A stretch of DNA of 64,000 nucleotides from Candidatus Woesearchaeota archaeon (GCA_964514585.1 CAZETU010000002.1:129486-193485); one strand, 5' to 3'. Positions 1-10,312 are shown, numbered from the stretch's first letter. Translations and numbers: made by a program. The notes: generated by a model from the letters alone, not told the origin.

Positions 1-235
1 TGCCGCGTCCGTATCCTAGTAATTCTTTTTTTAAGTTTGGGCCGTCGATTTCTGCCATTCCGCAAAATCCTGCTTTGTCTGAAGTTCCTGTTATTTCTAT
101 TTCGTAACCTGTTAAATCTTCAGAAATTTCTTTTCCGTCTATTTTGTCGCCAATTGAGTATCCAACTAGCTTTTCGTCTTCAGTCTCGACTTTGAATGTT
201 TTTCCCTTATGTGATACATTTATTTTGAATGCCAT
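1..235 (-). CDS. rps6e: 30S ribosomal protein S6e, N-terminal part (gene runs off the left edge)
   Basis: Not in the ORF track (partial). Own translation of the reverse strand from ATG at 235: MAFKINVSHKGKTFKVETEDEKLVGYSIGDKIDGKEISEDLTGYEIEITGTSDKAGFCGMAEIDGPNLKKELLGYGRG. The ITG-SDK-GF block is typical of S6e. Confidence 0.75.
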   Translation of the reverse strand, partial: MAFKINVSHKGKTFKVETEDEKLVGYSIGDKIDGKEISEDLTGYEIEITGTSDKAGFCGMAEIDGPNLKKELLGYGRG

Positions 236-316
236 TTTGTTTTAAGTTTTCCGAGGGTCTTTGGAACAGTGTCCTATCCTCAGCATATAACTGTATAATT
301 TGATGGAAATTTGGGT

Positions 317-577
317 TTAAAAGCGTTGGGGTTGGTAGAAATATGGAGCGTATGTTGGATCTGGGCACGAGCTTAATGTTTCCATTATTGATCTATATAC
401 AGGTTCTTCCCTTGCCCCCTTTTCTTTGAAGTGGTCTATTAGACAGTCTACTGCCATTGCTCTGAATGTATTAAATATACCAGCAGTATTGACGGTTATT
501 TCTGTTCTTTGTTCTCTTGTTAGGCCTAAGGATCTTAGGTCTCTTACTCTTTGTGAAAAGGTGGGGTTTATTTTCAT
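317..577 (-). CDS. hypothetical protein (86 aa)
   Basis: ORF track only. No motif recognised. Confidence 0.4.
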   Translation of the reverse strand: MKINPTFSQRVRDLRSLGLTREQRTEITVNTAGIFNTFRAMAVDCLIDHFKEKGAREEPVYRSIMETLSSCPDPTYAPYFYQPQRF

Positions 578-621
578 AAATATTTTTGTTTGAGGTCTTT
601 TATATTAATTGTTGTAGTGAA

Positions 622-1173
622 TTAGGCTACCTTTAGGAGGTTGTGGTATACTTGGGCTGTTATGTGGCAGTCGGCTAGGGCGTCGTGGGCTTTTGTGTAA
701 TCGATTTCGAAGAATTCTGCGACTGTTTGGAGGTTGCTTCGGAGGCCGCATGGGATGTTGCCTTGTCTCTGGAGGTTTCGCCAGATATACATTGTGTCTT
801 CGTGTTGGTGGTGGAATTTTGAGAATGATTCGCCTTGGTCGAAGAGGGCTGAGAGGAATCCTTTGTCGAAGTGTAGATTGTGGCCGATGAGTGGAGTTTC
901 GTGGAGGGAATTATTTTCGATAAAGTTGTTGATTTGGTTGCAGGCTTTGCAGGGTAGAATTGCGATTTTGTCGTGTTCTTCTAAATTTATTCCGTTTACT
1001 TTTAGGGCTGATCTTGAGGCGTTGTAATTGTCGTGTTTTATGAAAATGTGGTTTTCGCCTAGGATTTTTAGGTGTTTTCTTTCGACGTCTATTAGAAGCA
1101 TTCCGACTGTTAGAGTTTTGTTAAAGCGTGGAGAGAGTCCTGTTGTTTCTGTGTCTATCACCAATCTTTTCAT
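622..1173 (-). CDS. DEDDh-type 3'-5' exonuclease (DnaQ/epsilon-like)
   Basis: Exo motifs in order: VIDTETTGL (ExoI), IGHNLHFDKGFL (ExoII), HDALADCH (ExoIII, H-x4-D). Confidence 0.8.
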   Translation of the reverse strand: MKRLVIDTETTGLSPRFNKTLTVGMLLIDVERKHLKILGENHIFIKHDNYNASRSALKVNGINLEEHDKIAILPCKACNQINNFIENNSLHETPLIGHNLHFDKGFLSALFDQGESFSKFHHQHEDTMYIWRNLQRQGNIPCGLRSNLQTVAEFFEIDYTKAHDALADCHITAQVYHNLLKVA

Positions 1174-1262
1174 TGTAAGAAATATTGGGTTGGGTTTATA
1201 TGGATTGTTGTTCGAAACTGCATTATAATTATTTTTATAAAGGGATTTTGTTTTAGGGTAAT

Positions 1263-1706
1263 ATGGATGAAGGGCATAAAGAAACTGCGATGAGTAGGAA
1301 AGCTAGAGAGATAATTGGGGAGTTGGCTCATCCGGATTCGCCGATGGGGAAGAGAGTGTCTACCTTAAGATATGATGAAAGGTTGAGAGATAGGGTTTTT
1401 CCTAGCGGAGAGGCTTCTTCTGTTGCTTTAGCGGAAATGTTTGACAGGTTTAGTTATCCTGTGGATTTTTTGCCTTGTTGTATTAACTTAAATTTAACAG
1501 AGGCGGATGTAGAGGGGATGTTTCAGGTTCATTATAGAAACATGTTTGTTCAGAGGGAAAGTATTACTACAGCAAGGAGATTGTATACAAGAGATTGTAA
1601 ATTGTTTGGCATTCTGCCAAGTGACGATTTCCCCGATTGGGGTGATTGGAGAGAATCCATGAGAGAAGATAATACGTTTTTTGATGAGCTTATTGATCTA
1701 CTTTAG
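1263..1706 (+). CDS. hypothetical protein (147 aa)
   Basis: ORF track. 3' end overlaps the convergent infB stop by 4 nt. No motif recognised. Confidence 0.45.
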   Translation: MDEGHKETAMSRKAREIIGELAHPDSPMGKRVSTLRYDERLRDRVFPSGEASSVALAEMFDRFSYPVDFLPCCINLNLTEADVEGMFQVHYRNMFVQRESITTARRLYTRDCKLFGILPSDDFPDWGDWRESMREDNTFFDELIDLL

Positions 1707-3415
1707 ATTCCCCAGGTTGGATTTTCTCTTCTTTTGATTTGGGCTATTTCTTGGATGACTGATTTTTCTTCGGCCGAGAGTAGGTCTTTGTGTTGTTTGA
1801 ATTTTCGGAATTCTGTTTCTGAGAGGTTTGTGTAGAGGGGTTCTCCTACTGTTAGTTGTCTTTCGAAGTTTACTCCTGGGATTGAGACTGCGACTTCTTG
1901 TCCTTTTGTTGCTTCTTGGACGTTGTTTTTTTCGTGTTGGATTTCTTTTATTTGTCCGATTTTTGTGTCGTCTTTATTTATGAAACGTTCTCGTGTTTTT
2001 AATTTTCCGCCTGAAATTTCTACTCCGAATACAGCTGGGGATGAATTTCTGAATACGAAATCTAGAATTGTTATTTTGCAAATTCTTGGGAGTTCTTCTA
2101 ATTTTTTTCTTTCGATTTCTTTTAGTTTTTCAGTTTTGAATTTTTCGAGGTTTTCGATTAGTTTGTAGACGACTGGGTCTGTTAGGATTTTTACGTCTTT
2201 TAATTCATCGACTTGGGAATCTTCTGCTAGGTCGACGTTGAATCCTAGAATTATTTTGTCTTCTTCGGGGAGGGCGTTTGCTGTGTAGATGTCTTTTTTT
2301 GTGATTGGGCCGATTCCAGCTTTTATGACTCGGATTTGTTTTTGTTGAAGGAGAACAAGTAAAGCTTCTAGTGAACCTAGTGAATCTGCTTTTGCTACTA
2401 TTCCTGTTTGGTCGGTCTGAATTTCTTCAGATATTTCTTCTTCGAATTCTTCAGATATTTCTTCTAGGTTGTTGTTGATTATTTGGAAAGGCATTCCTGG
2501 AAGGATTTCATCTTTTGAGACGATTTGGATTCTTAGTCCTGAGGCTGCTTCGACTTCTGATTTTGTTTCAAAGCCCTTGTTTAGAGGACGAGCTTCTTGC
2601 ATATTCCTAATTTTTGTTACGACTGGGTCGCCTTCCATTGATGCGATTGCAATTTCGTCTGTGTTTTTTAGTTTGCCGTCGTAGAGGATGCATTCTAGGA
2701 AGTTTACTGCTTTGTCTTTTTTGACTTCGAGGATTACGCCCTTTCCTTGGTCTTTGATTTGAATTCTGTCTGTCAAGAATTTTTGAGAGAGAGCCGTTAT
2801 CATTGCTAGGATTTCGTTTATTCCTTCGCCGGTCTGGGCTGAGCATGGGACGATTGCGATTGATTTTGTGAAGTCTTCTATTTTTGAATACATGTCTGCT
2901 GTGAATCCGTGTGAGTGGAGAGCTCCGATGATTGTGTAGAATTTTTCTTCGAAGTTTTGTTTGACGTTTGTTGCTTGGTTGTCGACTCCGGTGTTTTGTT
3001 GCCAGCCTGAAACGTTGTCGATTTTGTTTAAGGCGATAATGAATGGGGTCTTGTTTGTTTTTAGAATTTGGAGGACTTCGGCTGTTTGGGGCTTGATCCC
3101 GTCGTTGATGTCGATTACTAGGACTGCGATGTCGGCTAGGGAGCCTCCTCGTTTTCGAAGGTTTGTGAATGCTGCGTGGCCTGGAGTGTCGATGAAAAGT
3201 AGGCCTGGGATTTCTAAAGGGATTTTGAATTGTTCAAGGATTGTTCCGGCTCGGGTTTGGATATTTTCTTTTGGTAGGGTTGTGAATGAAATTTTTTGGG
3301 TGATTCCACCAGCCTCGCCTTCTTGGATAGAGGTTCCTCTAATTTTGTCGAGTATGCTTGTTTTTCCATGGTCGACGTGTCCTGCCACTGTCACAATTGG
3401 TTGTCTTATTTTCAT
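1703..3415 (-). CDS. infB: translation initiation factor aIF5B (archaeal IF-2)
   Basis: N-terminal GTPase (AGHVDHGKTSILD, DTPGH, NKID) followed by the typical aIF5B beta-barrel and helical domains. Length is 570 aa. Confidence 0.9.
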   Translation of the reverse strand: MKIRQPIVTVAGHVDHGKTSILDKIRGTSIQEGEAGGITQKISFTTLPKENIQTRAGTILEQFKIPLEIPGLLFIDTPGHAAFTNLRKRGGSLADIAVLVIDINDGIKPQTAEVLQILKTNKTPFIIALNKIDNVSGWQQNTGVDNQATNVKQNFEEKFYTIIGALHSHGFTADMYSKIEDFTKSIAIVPCSAQTGEGINEILAMITALSQKFLTDRIQIKDQGKGVILEVKKDKAVNFLECILYDGKLKNTDEIAIASMEGDPVVTKIRNMQEARPLNKGFETKSEVEAASGLRIQIVSKDEILPGMPFQIINNNLEEISEEFEEEISEEIQTDQTGIVAKADSLGSLEALLVLLQQKQIRVIKAGIGPITKKDIYTANALPEEDKIILGFNVDLAEDSQVDELKDVKILTDPVVYKLIENLEKFKTEKLKEIERKKLEELPRICKITILDFVFRNSSPAVFGVEISGGKLKTRERFINKDDTKIGQIKEIQHEKNNVQEATKGQEVAVSIPGVNFERQLTVGEPLYTNLSETEFRKFKQHKDLLSAEEKSVIQEIAQIKRRENPTWGI

Positions 3416-3465
3416 GTATATTCGAGTTATGAAGGATTTTTAAATATATATTTCTTGTTTGTTTT

Positions 3466-3729
3466 ATGAATTATACTATTGCGAATTTGGAGAAGGATTA
3501 CGAGCTGGAGCTGGAGCGTGTTGTGGGCGAGGTTCGGAAATCTGGGGCTGAGACGGTTTTGTTGCAGTTGCCTGATGGGCTGAAGCCGTGGGGTCCTGCG
3601 ATTAGTGATTATTTGTCTGAGAAATGCGAGGTTGAGATATCGATTTGGCTTGGTGAATGTTTTGGGGCTTGTGATTTGCCGAATAGTGATGCTGATTTGG
3701 TTGTGCAATTTGGGCATGCGGCTTGGTGA
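3466..3729 (+). pseudogene. dph2: truncated diphthamide synthase Dph2 (N-terminal 87 aa only)
   Basis: LLQLPDGLK ... GECFGACDL ... ADLVVQFGHAAW matches the first quarter of archaeal Dph2 (about 330 aa) and then stops. The rest of the gene is not present downstream. Confidence 0.6.
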
Positions 3730-3922
3730 TTAGGAATCTTTTTTGAATTCATCCCCCCTGTTTTTATATCTATAAAATGCTTTTGATACACTTCTTTTAT
3801 CTCTTGTAGAATTTCCGTTATGAAATCTTTGGTTTATTTCTTCTGCTATGTTTTGTGCATGTATTCTACTTTTTCTTTGATAAAGGGGATCTTGGGCCAA
3901 TTCGCAAAGAGTTCTTATCTCG

Positions 3923-4408
3923 TCATTTGACCAGGGTGTGTCCTTGTTCTAATATTCCTTTTTGTCCTGCTTTATGTTTTTCTATATAACTCATTGCATG
4001 TACGCCAGTTTTTCTTTCTAGGGTTAATTGCCCTGATTTGTAACCTACTTCTTTTCCAAGTTTCCTTCCCTGTTCTACGTGGTGTTCTTCGGATATTCTG
4101 GTGTAGTCTTCTGGTTCCATTAGACCCTCATAAAATATTTCTTTGAACATTTCCCAGTCTCCTCTGTAGCCTCTTAATGCATAAGTTACTGCCATTTGAG
4201 CTGTACTATGACTTATCCCAAATTTTTCTTCGAAGTTATGTTCTTCTACAATTTCTCTTAAAGATTTTCCGTCTCTGAAATCTTCTTCAATTCCTGGATG
4301 TTGTGTTTGTAATATTATTCCTAGATATATGCCATGTCTTATTGCTGCTTTTTGAGAAGGTTCTAAATTTGTTTCGAAGATTCCTGGTAGGATAAATTTG
4401 TTTGCCAT
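3923..4408 (-). CDS. hypothetical protein (161 aa)
   Basis: ORF track. It occupies the position where the rest of dph2 would be expected. No motif recognised. Confidence 0.5.
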   Translation of the reverse strand: MANKFILPGIFETNLEPSQKAAIRHGIYLGIILQTQHPGIEEDFRDGKSLREIVEEHNFEEKFGISHSTAQMAVTYALRGYRGDWEMFKEIFYEGLMEPEDYTRISEEHHVEQGRKLGKEVGYKSGQLTLERKTGVHAMSYIEKHKAGQKGILEQGHTLVK

Positions 4409-4537
4409 CTTTGGGCATGTCTTTGGTGGAAGGGGGTATAACGGTAGAAAGTTCTCAGGGGTTTATAAGAATTCTGTTTTGCGATGTTCATGTTTTTGTA
4501 TATAAATATTTATAACGGGATTTTTCTGTTTGGGGGG

Positions 4538-6151
4538 ATGGTGAAATATATTTTTGTTACGGGGGGTGTAATTTCTGGTGTTGGGAAGGGTGTGGCGACG
4601 GCTTCTGTTGGTCGTATTTTGAAAGAGTATGGCTATTCTGTGACGGCGGTTAAGATTGATCAGTATATTAATTGTGATGCTGGAACTTTGAGGCCGACGG
4701 AACATGGTGAAGTTTGGGTGACTGAGGATGGCGGTGAAATTGATCAGGATCTTGGTAATTATGAAAGATTTTTAGAGGTTCCTCTTTTTAAAAAAAATGC
4801 GATAACTACGGGGAAGATTTATCAAAGTTTGATTGAAAAAGAAAGACGTGGAGATTTTCTTGGTAAGACTGTTGAGATTATTCCTCATTTTCCTAATGAA
4901 GTTAATTCTAAGATTAAAGAAGCTGCTGAGGGTTATGATATCTGTATGGTTGAGATCGGTGGCACAATTGGAGAGTATCAGCATTTGCCATATATGTTTG
5001 CTGCGAAAAGTTTAGAGTTAGAGTTGGGTAGGGATAATGTTTGTCATATTATGGTTAGTTATTTACCTATTCCGAGCCATATTAATGAAATGAAAACTAA
5101 GCCAACTCAGATGGCTATTGGGATGCTTCGTGAATCTGGAATTCAGCCTGATTTTATTTTTTGTCGTGGGAGGACTCCTTTAGATGAGCCTAGAAAGAAG
5201 AAGCTTGAAATCTATGCTAATGTTCCATTTTCGCATATTATTTCTACCCCTGATGTTGTTGGCGAGGGGACTGCTGACACGATTTATGTTGTTCCTTTAA
5301 ATCTTGAGAAAGAAGGATTTGGTGACAAAATTCTAACTAGATTGAAACTTGCAAAGTTGAAGAATCCTGAGTGGGATGCTTGGGCGAACATGGTTGCTAA
5401 GAGTACAACCGCAGAAAGGAGTGTTGAAATTGCTTTAGTAGGAAAATATTTGGATATTGGGGATTTTCAATTGACGGATACATATTTGTCAGTTGCGGCG
5501 GCCTTGAATCATGCTGGAGCTAAGAATAATTTGAAAGTGAATATTAATTGGGTTGATTCGAAAAAGATTGAAGATGGTCGTATTGACTTGTCTCAATTTG
5601 ATGGGATACTTGTTCCTGGCGGTTTTGGTGGTAGTGGAGTTGAGGGTAAGATTTTGGCGATTAAGTTTGCTCGGGAAAATAATATTCCTTATTTGGGTCT
5701 TTGTTATGGAATGCAATTGGCGGTTGTTGAGTTTGCTCGAAATATTTGTGGATTGGATGCTCATTCGACTGAGATTGATAGTAAGGTTGAGCATAAGGTG
5801 ATTGATATTTTGCCGGAGCAGGTTGGTATTAGTGATAAGGGTGGGACGATGAGGCTTGGGGCGTATCCTGCGGTTTTGAAGGTGGGGTCTAAGATTGCTG
5901 ATATTTATGGTGTTGAGGAAGTGAGTGAGCGGCATCGGCATCGATATGAGGTTAATCCTGAGTATCATGATGTTTTGGAAGATAATGGCTTGGTGATTTC
6001 TGGGAAGAGTCCGAATGGGAAGTTGGCTGAGTTTATTGAGTTGCCTGATCATAAATTTTTTGTGGCGACGCAGGCGCATCCTGAGTTTAAGAGTTATCCT
6101 ATGAAGCCGAGTCCTTTGTTTGATGCTTTTGTTAGGGCGTGTTTGAACTGA
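4538..6151 (+). CDS. pyrG: CTP synthase
   Basis: MVKYIFVTGGVISGVGKG N-terminus and the C-terminal glutamine amidotransferase (GLCYGMQ, HRHRYEVN). Start moved from 4484 to the ATG at 4538, which restores the canonical N-terminus. Confidence 0.92.
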   Translation: MVKYIFVTGGVISGVGKGVATASVGRILKEYGYSVTAVKIDQYINCDAGTLRPTEHGEVWVTEDGGEIDQDLGNYERFLEVPLFKKNAITTGKIYQSLIEKERRGDFLGKTVEIIPHFPNEVNSKIKEAAEGYDICMVEIGGTIGEYQHLPYMFAAKSLELELGRDNVCHIMVSYLPIPSHINEMKTKPTQMAIGMLRESGIQPDFIFCRGRTPLDEPRKKKLEIYANVPFSHIISTPDVVGEGTADTIYVVPLNLEKEGFGDKILTRLKLAKLKNPEWDAWANMVAKSTTAERSVEIALVGKYLDIGDFQLTDTYLSVAAALNHAGAKNNLKVNINWVDSKKIEDGRIDLSQFDGILVPGGFGGSGVEGKILAIKFARENNIPYLGLCYGMQLAVVEFARNICGLDAHSTEIDSKVEHKVIDILPEQVGISDKGGTMRLGAYPAVLKVGSKIADIYGVEEVSERHRHRYEVNPEYHDVLEDNGLVISGKSPNGKLAEFIELPDHKFFVATQAHPEFKSYPMKPSPLFDAFVRACLN

Positions 6152-6182
6152 GTATAATAATTCTTAAATATCTTGGAGTGTT

Positions 6183-6839
6183 TTGTATTTGATGGAAGGG
6201 AGAAGGTCTCTTGAGGAAATTAGGGAATCTGCTGCTGCTAAGATTGAGAAAATTGATCGACTTAGAGATTTACTTGATGATGATCGTGCTGAATCAGCAA
6301 GGTTAGTGAAGGCAGGAGTAAGAAGTTTAGATTCTGCTGGCGACCTATTGAATCGTTATCGAGTTATCAATGAGAAATATATTGATCCATATAGAAGTTT
6401 GGTTTTTCAAATTGAGGAGAGGGAGGGAGAAGAGATTTTGGTTTTTGAAACTTTGATTGATGGGGGCGTAGTTAATTTTGATCTTAGGTATGGCACTCTG
6501 AGGGGGGATGTTATTTTTGATGCTGGAGATGGCACAATTGAAATTCCTGTGAGAGGAAAATATCATTGGGTTATGAGTGGGAAGAGTGATTCAAAAGTGA
6601 ATCTTTTTCATGAGAAATGGTTTGAGAGAAGAGGTTCTATAATCCGACCGATTCAGAGTTTAGTTCATTTAATGTTTGAGTGTCCTGAAGAGGTGGTCCG
6701 TCGTTTTTGTGGAGATATTTCAAGAAATACTAGTGCGATTTATTTGGGTGGTAAGGTAGACGGGCATATGATTACAGTTCATGGTGGAGTAGAGGCTTAT
6801 CGGGCGGTTGGGGAATTGCTTTCTGATGAGAATCCGTAA
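6183..6839 (+). CDS. hypothetical protein (218 aa)
   Basis: ORF track. No motif recognised. Confidence 0.5.
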   Translation: MYLMEGRRSLEEIRESAAAKIEKIDRLRDLLDDDRAESARLVKAGVRSLDSAGDLLNRYRVINEKYIDPYRSLVFQIEEREGEEILVFETLIDGGVVNFDLRYGTLRGDVIFDAGDGTIEIPVRGKYHWVMSGKSDSKVNLFHEKWFERRGSIIRPIQSLVHLMFECPEEVVRRFCGDISRNTSAIYLGGKVDGHMITVHGGVEAYRAVGELLSDENP

Positions 6840-6885
6840 CTAGTTTCACCTTAATGTTTTTAAATCTTAATTATTTGGGATTGTT

Positions 6886-7938
6886 ATGAAGAAAGTATTT
6901 TTGATGCTTGTGTTTTTGCTTAGCTTGACTTTTGTTGCAGCTGTGCCCGAGACGAATGTTTCGTATTTTTATTCGATTGGGTGTACTCATTGTGCGACAG
7001 TTTTGGATAGTGGGATTTTGGATGAGGTGGCGGTTATGGAGGGTGTTAATTTTGAGAAATATGAGACGACTACGACTCAAGTTGCTCGCGATAAGTTTTT
7101 GAGTTTTGTTGATGATTTTGGAATTGAGAGAGCGGGGGTTCCCTTTTTGGTTGTGGAGCGTGATGGTATGTATTCTTATTTGATGGGGGATGAGCCGATT
7201 ATTAATCATGCTGTTGATTCGATTGAAAATTTTAGGGGGGTTTCTTTTGATAAGAATACTGATGAGCCTTTTATTGGGAGCTTGAGTTTGGGGGTTGTTA
7301 TTGTTGCGGCTTTGATTGATTCTATTAATCCTTGTGCGTTTGGGGTTTTGCTTTTCTTGATGGCCGTTATGCTTTCTTTGGGTTCTAATAAACGTGCTCT
7401 TAGGTCTGGGCTTATTTATACTGTGGTTATTTTCTTTGTTTACTTGTTGGCTGGGCTTGGGATTATGAAGTTGATTAATTCTTTTTCGATTTTGAATTAT
7501 GTGAGTATGGTTGTTGGTGTTGTGGTTTTGATTGGGGGGATTATTGAGTTGAAGGATTTCTTCTGGGAAGGTAAGGGGATTAGTTTGAAGATTCCTGTTG
7601 GTGCGAAGCCTTTGTTGGAGAAGTATATTAGGAAGGGGACGTTGCCTGCAATGTTTGTTTTGGGGGCTTTGGTTGCTTTGGTTGAGTTGCCTTGTACTGG
7701 TGGGATTTATTTGGCGATTTTGAGTTTGATTTCAAATAGTGGGGGCGAGGGAATTGTTTATCTTTTGATTTATAATTTTATTTTTGTTTTGCCTTTGTTT
7801 TTATTGACTTTTATGATTTATAGAGGTATGAAGGTCGAGGGGATTAATGATTGGGTTCAGAACAACAAGAAGTTTATGAGACTTGCTGCTGGTTTGATTA
7901 TGCTCTTTTTGGCGTTTACTTTGTTGGGTGTTCTGTAA
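6886..7938 (+). CDS. thioredoxin-like domain fused to a CcdA/DsbD-type thiol-disulfide transporter membrane domain
   Basis: Signal/TM segment, CxxC (GCTHCA) in the N-terminal domain, then DSINPCAFGVL and ELPCTGGIYL, the two conserved P-C helices of CcdA/DsbD. Confidence 0.75.
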   Translation: MKKVFLMLVFLLSLTFVAAVPETNVSYFYSIGCTHCATVLDSGILDEVAVMEGVNFEKYETTTTQVARDKFLSFVDDFGIERAGVPFLVVERDGMYSYLMGDEPIINHAVDSIENFRGVSFDKNTDEPFIGSLSLGVVIVAALIDSINPCAFGVLLFLMAVMLSLGSNKRALRSGLIYTVVIFFVYLLAGLGIMKLINSFSILNYVSMVVGVVVLIGGIIELKDFFWEGKGISLKIPVGAKPLLEKYIRKGTLPAMFVLGALVALVELPCTGGIYLAILSLISNSGGEGIVYLLIYNFIFVLPLFLLTFMIYRGMKVEGINDWVQNNKKFMRLAAGLIMLFLAFTLLGVL

Positions 7939-7977
7939 TATCTAAAAATTTATAATGGGCTTATATGTTGTTTTATT

Positions 7978-8721
7978 ATGGGAATAGTAGATTGGGTTAA
8001 GGGACTGGGAAGTAATACGCTTTATTATCCTGGATGCTTGACGAAGGGAGTTTTATCTAAGGAATTTGATAATTATAAGGAAATTTTTAATCGACTGAAG
8101 ATGGACTTTATTCTTTTGGGAGATAAAGAAGTTTGTTGTGGTTTGCCGGTTTTGAATGCGGGGTATCGAAAGGATGTTCGAAAGTTGGCGCAGAAGAATT
8201 ACGATTTATTTAAGAAGCATTCTGTTGGGAAGATAATTACGAATTGTCCGTCTTGTTATCATACATTTAGTGAGGTTTATCCGAAGTTGGTTCGTGAATG
8301 GGATATTGAGGTTGAGCACGCGACGGTTAGTATACTTAATGCCTTGAAGAAACGGAGAATTAAGTGGAAGGGGATGGAGGCTGATCGGGAGTTGGTTAGT
8401 TATCATGATCCTTGTCATCTTGGGCGTTATTCTGGGATTTATGAGGAGCCGCGAGAAGTGATTGAATTATTGGGTGGAAAGATTTTGGAGTATGGAGTAA
8501 ATAGGGAAAATGCTTTTTGTTGTGGTGGCGGTGGCGGAATGCGGGCTAATTTTCCTGAAGTTGCGAAGAAGATTGCATCGATGAAAGTGAAGCATACTCC
8601 TGAAGAATCTAAGAAGATAATTTCTCCTTGTGGGCTTTGTTATTCTAATATTAAATCTGCTAGTGATAAGAGTACTGAGTTTTCGACTTTTGTTTTGGGG
8701 CGACTTAGGGGGATGCAATGA
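7978..8721 (+). CDS. CCG-type cysteine-rich (Fe-S) oxidoreductase subunit, GlcF/LutA C-terminal-half-like
   Basis: Two CCG-like cysteine motifs: CCGLPV...CPSCYHTF and CCGGGGG...CGLCY, plus HDPCHLGR. Overlaps the next gene by 4 nt. Confidence 0.75.
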   Translation: MGIVDWVKGLGSNTLYYPGCLTKGVLSKEFDNYKEIFNRLKMDFILLGDKEVCCGLPVLNAGYRKDVRKLAQKNYDLFKKHSVGKIITNCPSCYHTFSEVYPKLVREWDIEVEHATVSILNALKKRRIKWKGMEADRELVSYHDPCHLGRYSGIYEEPREVIELLGGKILEYGVNRENAFCCGGGGGMRANFPEVAKKIASMKVKHTPEESKKIISPCGLCYSNIKSASDKSTEFSTFVLGRLRGMQ

Positions 8722-9836
8722 ATAAGAATTTGATGAAGGTTTATGAGACTGATGCTTCGCAGTTGAAGGGTAGGGCTTTGGATGTGGTTTTCCCGACGAC
8801 GATTATGGAGGTTCGGAATTTTGTTGCTAAGTCTAAGAGGGTTGTTCCGAGGGGCGCTGGGACTGGTTTGAGTGGAGGTTGTGTTCCTCAGCATGGTTTG
8901 GATGTTGTTTTGGATTTATCTAAGTTGACTTCTATTAGTGAATTTGATAAGGAGCGTATGATTGTTGAGGTTGAGGCTGGTGTTATTTTGGATGAGTTGC
9001 AGGCTTATTTGGCTAGGCATGGTTTGGAGTTTCCTGTTAATCCTTCGAGTCATGCGGTTGCTACGATTGGGGGCATGATTGCGACTAATGCTGTTGGGAG
9101 TCGGGCTGTCAAGTACGGGAAGACTTCTGATTGGGTTAAGTGGGTTGAGGTTGTTGACGGGCATGGTAATTTGTATCGTAAGGGTGTGACGGAGCTTTCT
9201 GATTATGCTGGGATGGAAGGGATTACTGGCGTGATTGTTAAGGCTTGTTTGAAATTGTCGCCTTTGAAGAAGAGGACAGCGTCGCTGGTTCCTTTGACTA
9301 GTATTTCTAAAGTTATTGAAGTTGTTAGGGGATTGAAAAGGGATTCTTCGGTTTCGATGATTGAGTTTTTGGATAAGAAAATTTCTAAGGGGCTGGAGAT
9401 GGATGAGAAATATCATTTGCTTATTGAGTATGAGAATGATTCTGGGTTTTTGAAGGGTGAGGAATATGAGGCGGTTTTGGCATTGAGGGATAAGGTTTAT
9501 CCTTTTGCTGCTGGAGAAGGGTATGTTAGGATTGAGGATCCTAAGATTTTGTTGGATAGGTTTGAGAAGTTGATGACTTGGTTGGAGGTGCATGAGATTC
9601 CGGTTTTTGGTCATTTGGGTGTTGGTATACTTCATCCTTGTTTTAATCATAATCAGGAGAAGTTGGTTCCGGAGATGATGAAAGTTGTGAAGCGGCTTAG
9701 TGGGCAAATTACTGGTGAGCATGGGATCGGGATATTGAAGAGGCCTTTTGTCGAGGCTAATGATAAGAAGATTTTGATTAATGTGAAGAAGAGGACGGAT
9801 GTTTTGGATAAATTTAATGTGGGGAAGGTGATATGA
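8718..9836 (+). CDS. FAD-linked oxidase (GlcD / D-lactate dehydrogenase family)
   Basis: PRGAGTGLSGG FAD-binding motif. C-terminal GEHGIG typical of the family. Confidence 0.8.
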   Translation: MNKNLMKVYETDASQLKGRALDVVFPTTIMEVRNFVAKSKRVVPRGAGTGLSGGCVPQHGLDVVLDLSKLTSISEFDKERMIVEVEAGVILDELQAYLARHGLEFPVNPSSHAVATIGGMIATNAVGSRAVKYGKTSDWVKWVEVVDGHGNLYRKGVTELSDYAGMEGITGVIVKACLKLSPLKKRTASLVPLTSISKVIEVVRGLKRDSSVSMIEFLDKKISKGLEMDEKYHLLIEYENDSGFLKGEEYEAVLALRDKVYPFAAGEGYVRIEDPKILLDRFEKLMTWLEVHEIPVFGHLGVGILHPCFNHNQEKLVPEMMKVVKRLSGQITGEHGIGILKRPFVEANDKKILINVKKRTDVLDKFNVGKVI

Positions 9837-10312
9837 GCGAAATAAATTGGAAAGATAAATGTTGGGTAACTACTATTTATTTGGTTAGAGAGGATGGAAA
9901 GCTTTTACTTACATGGAATAAGAATATGAAGACATGGATTCCTGTTGGTGGACATCTTGAATTGGGAGAGACGCCTGAAGAAGCGATTTCTAGAGAAGTA
10001 GAGGAAGAAACGGGGTTTGATTTTGATTTTTTTGATAATGCTTCTTATGAAGATGGTGAAGATGTTAAAATAATTAAACCGTATAGGATTCAGATTGAGA
10101 AAGTTCCTCATCATGGGTCGCATATGAATTTTGTTTTTATGGGTAAGTGTTTGAGTTATTCTGAGCGTGATGAGAATGATGATAATGAAAAATTGAGGTG
10201 GTTTTCTGAGAAAGAATTATTTGAAGAACGAGGAGATTTTTTGGAGAGTGTTTGGAATTTGTCTATTATTGCTGTGAATAAATTTAAGGGGAATCATAAT
10301 GGAAAGATTTAA
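9833..10312 (+). CDS. NUDIX hydrolase
   Basis: Nudix box GGHLELGETPEEAISREVEEETGF. Confidence 0.8.
   Translation: MSEINWKDKCWVTTIYLVREDGKLLLTWNKNMKTWIPVGGHLELGETPEEAISREVEEETGFDFDFFDNASYEDGEDVKIIKPYRIQIEKVPHHGSHMNFVFMGKCLSYSERDENDDNEKLRWFSEKELFEERGDFLESVWNLSIIAVNKFKGNHNGKI

Noticed and set aside
3609-3791. 60-aa minus-strand ORF in the spacer after the dph2 stub.
   Set aside because: It overlaps the dph2 fragment antisense, is low-complexity, and has no start context.
4484-4537. 18-codon N-terminal extension of pyrG in the track ORF. Analogous upstream extensions occur at 26513..26572, 27001..27198, 28204..28269, 41906..42172, 47946..47990, 55811..55909 and 56857..56907.
   Set aside because: The extensions are hydrophobic or low-complexity, overlap neighbouring genes or tRNA-like genes, and internal starts restore canonical N-termini or have proper RBS/TATA spacing.
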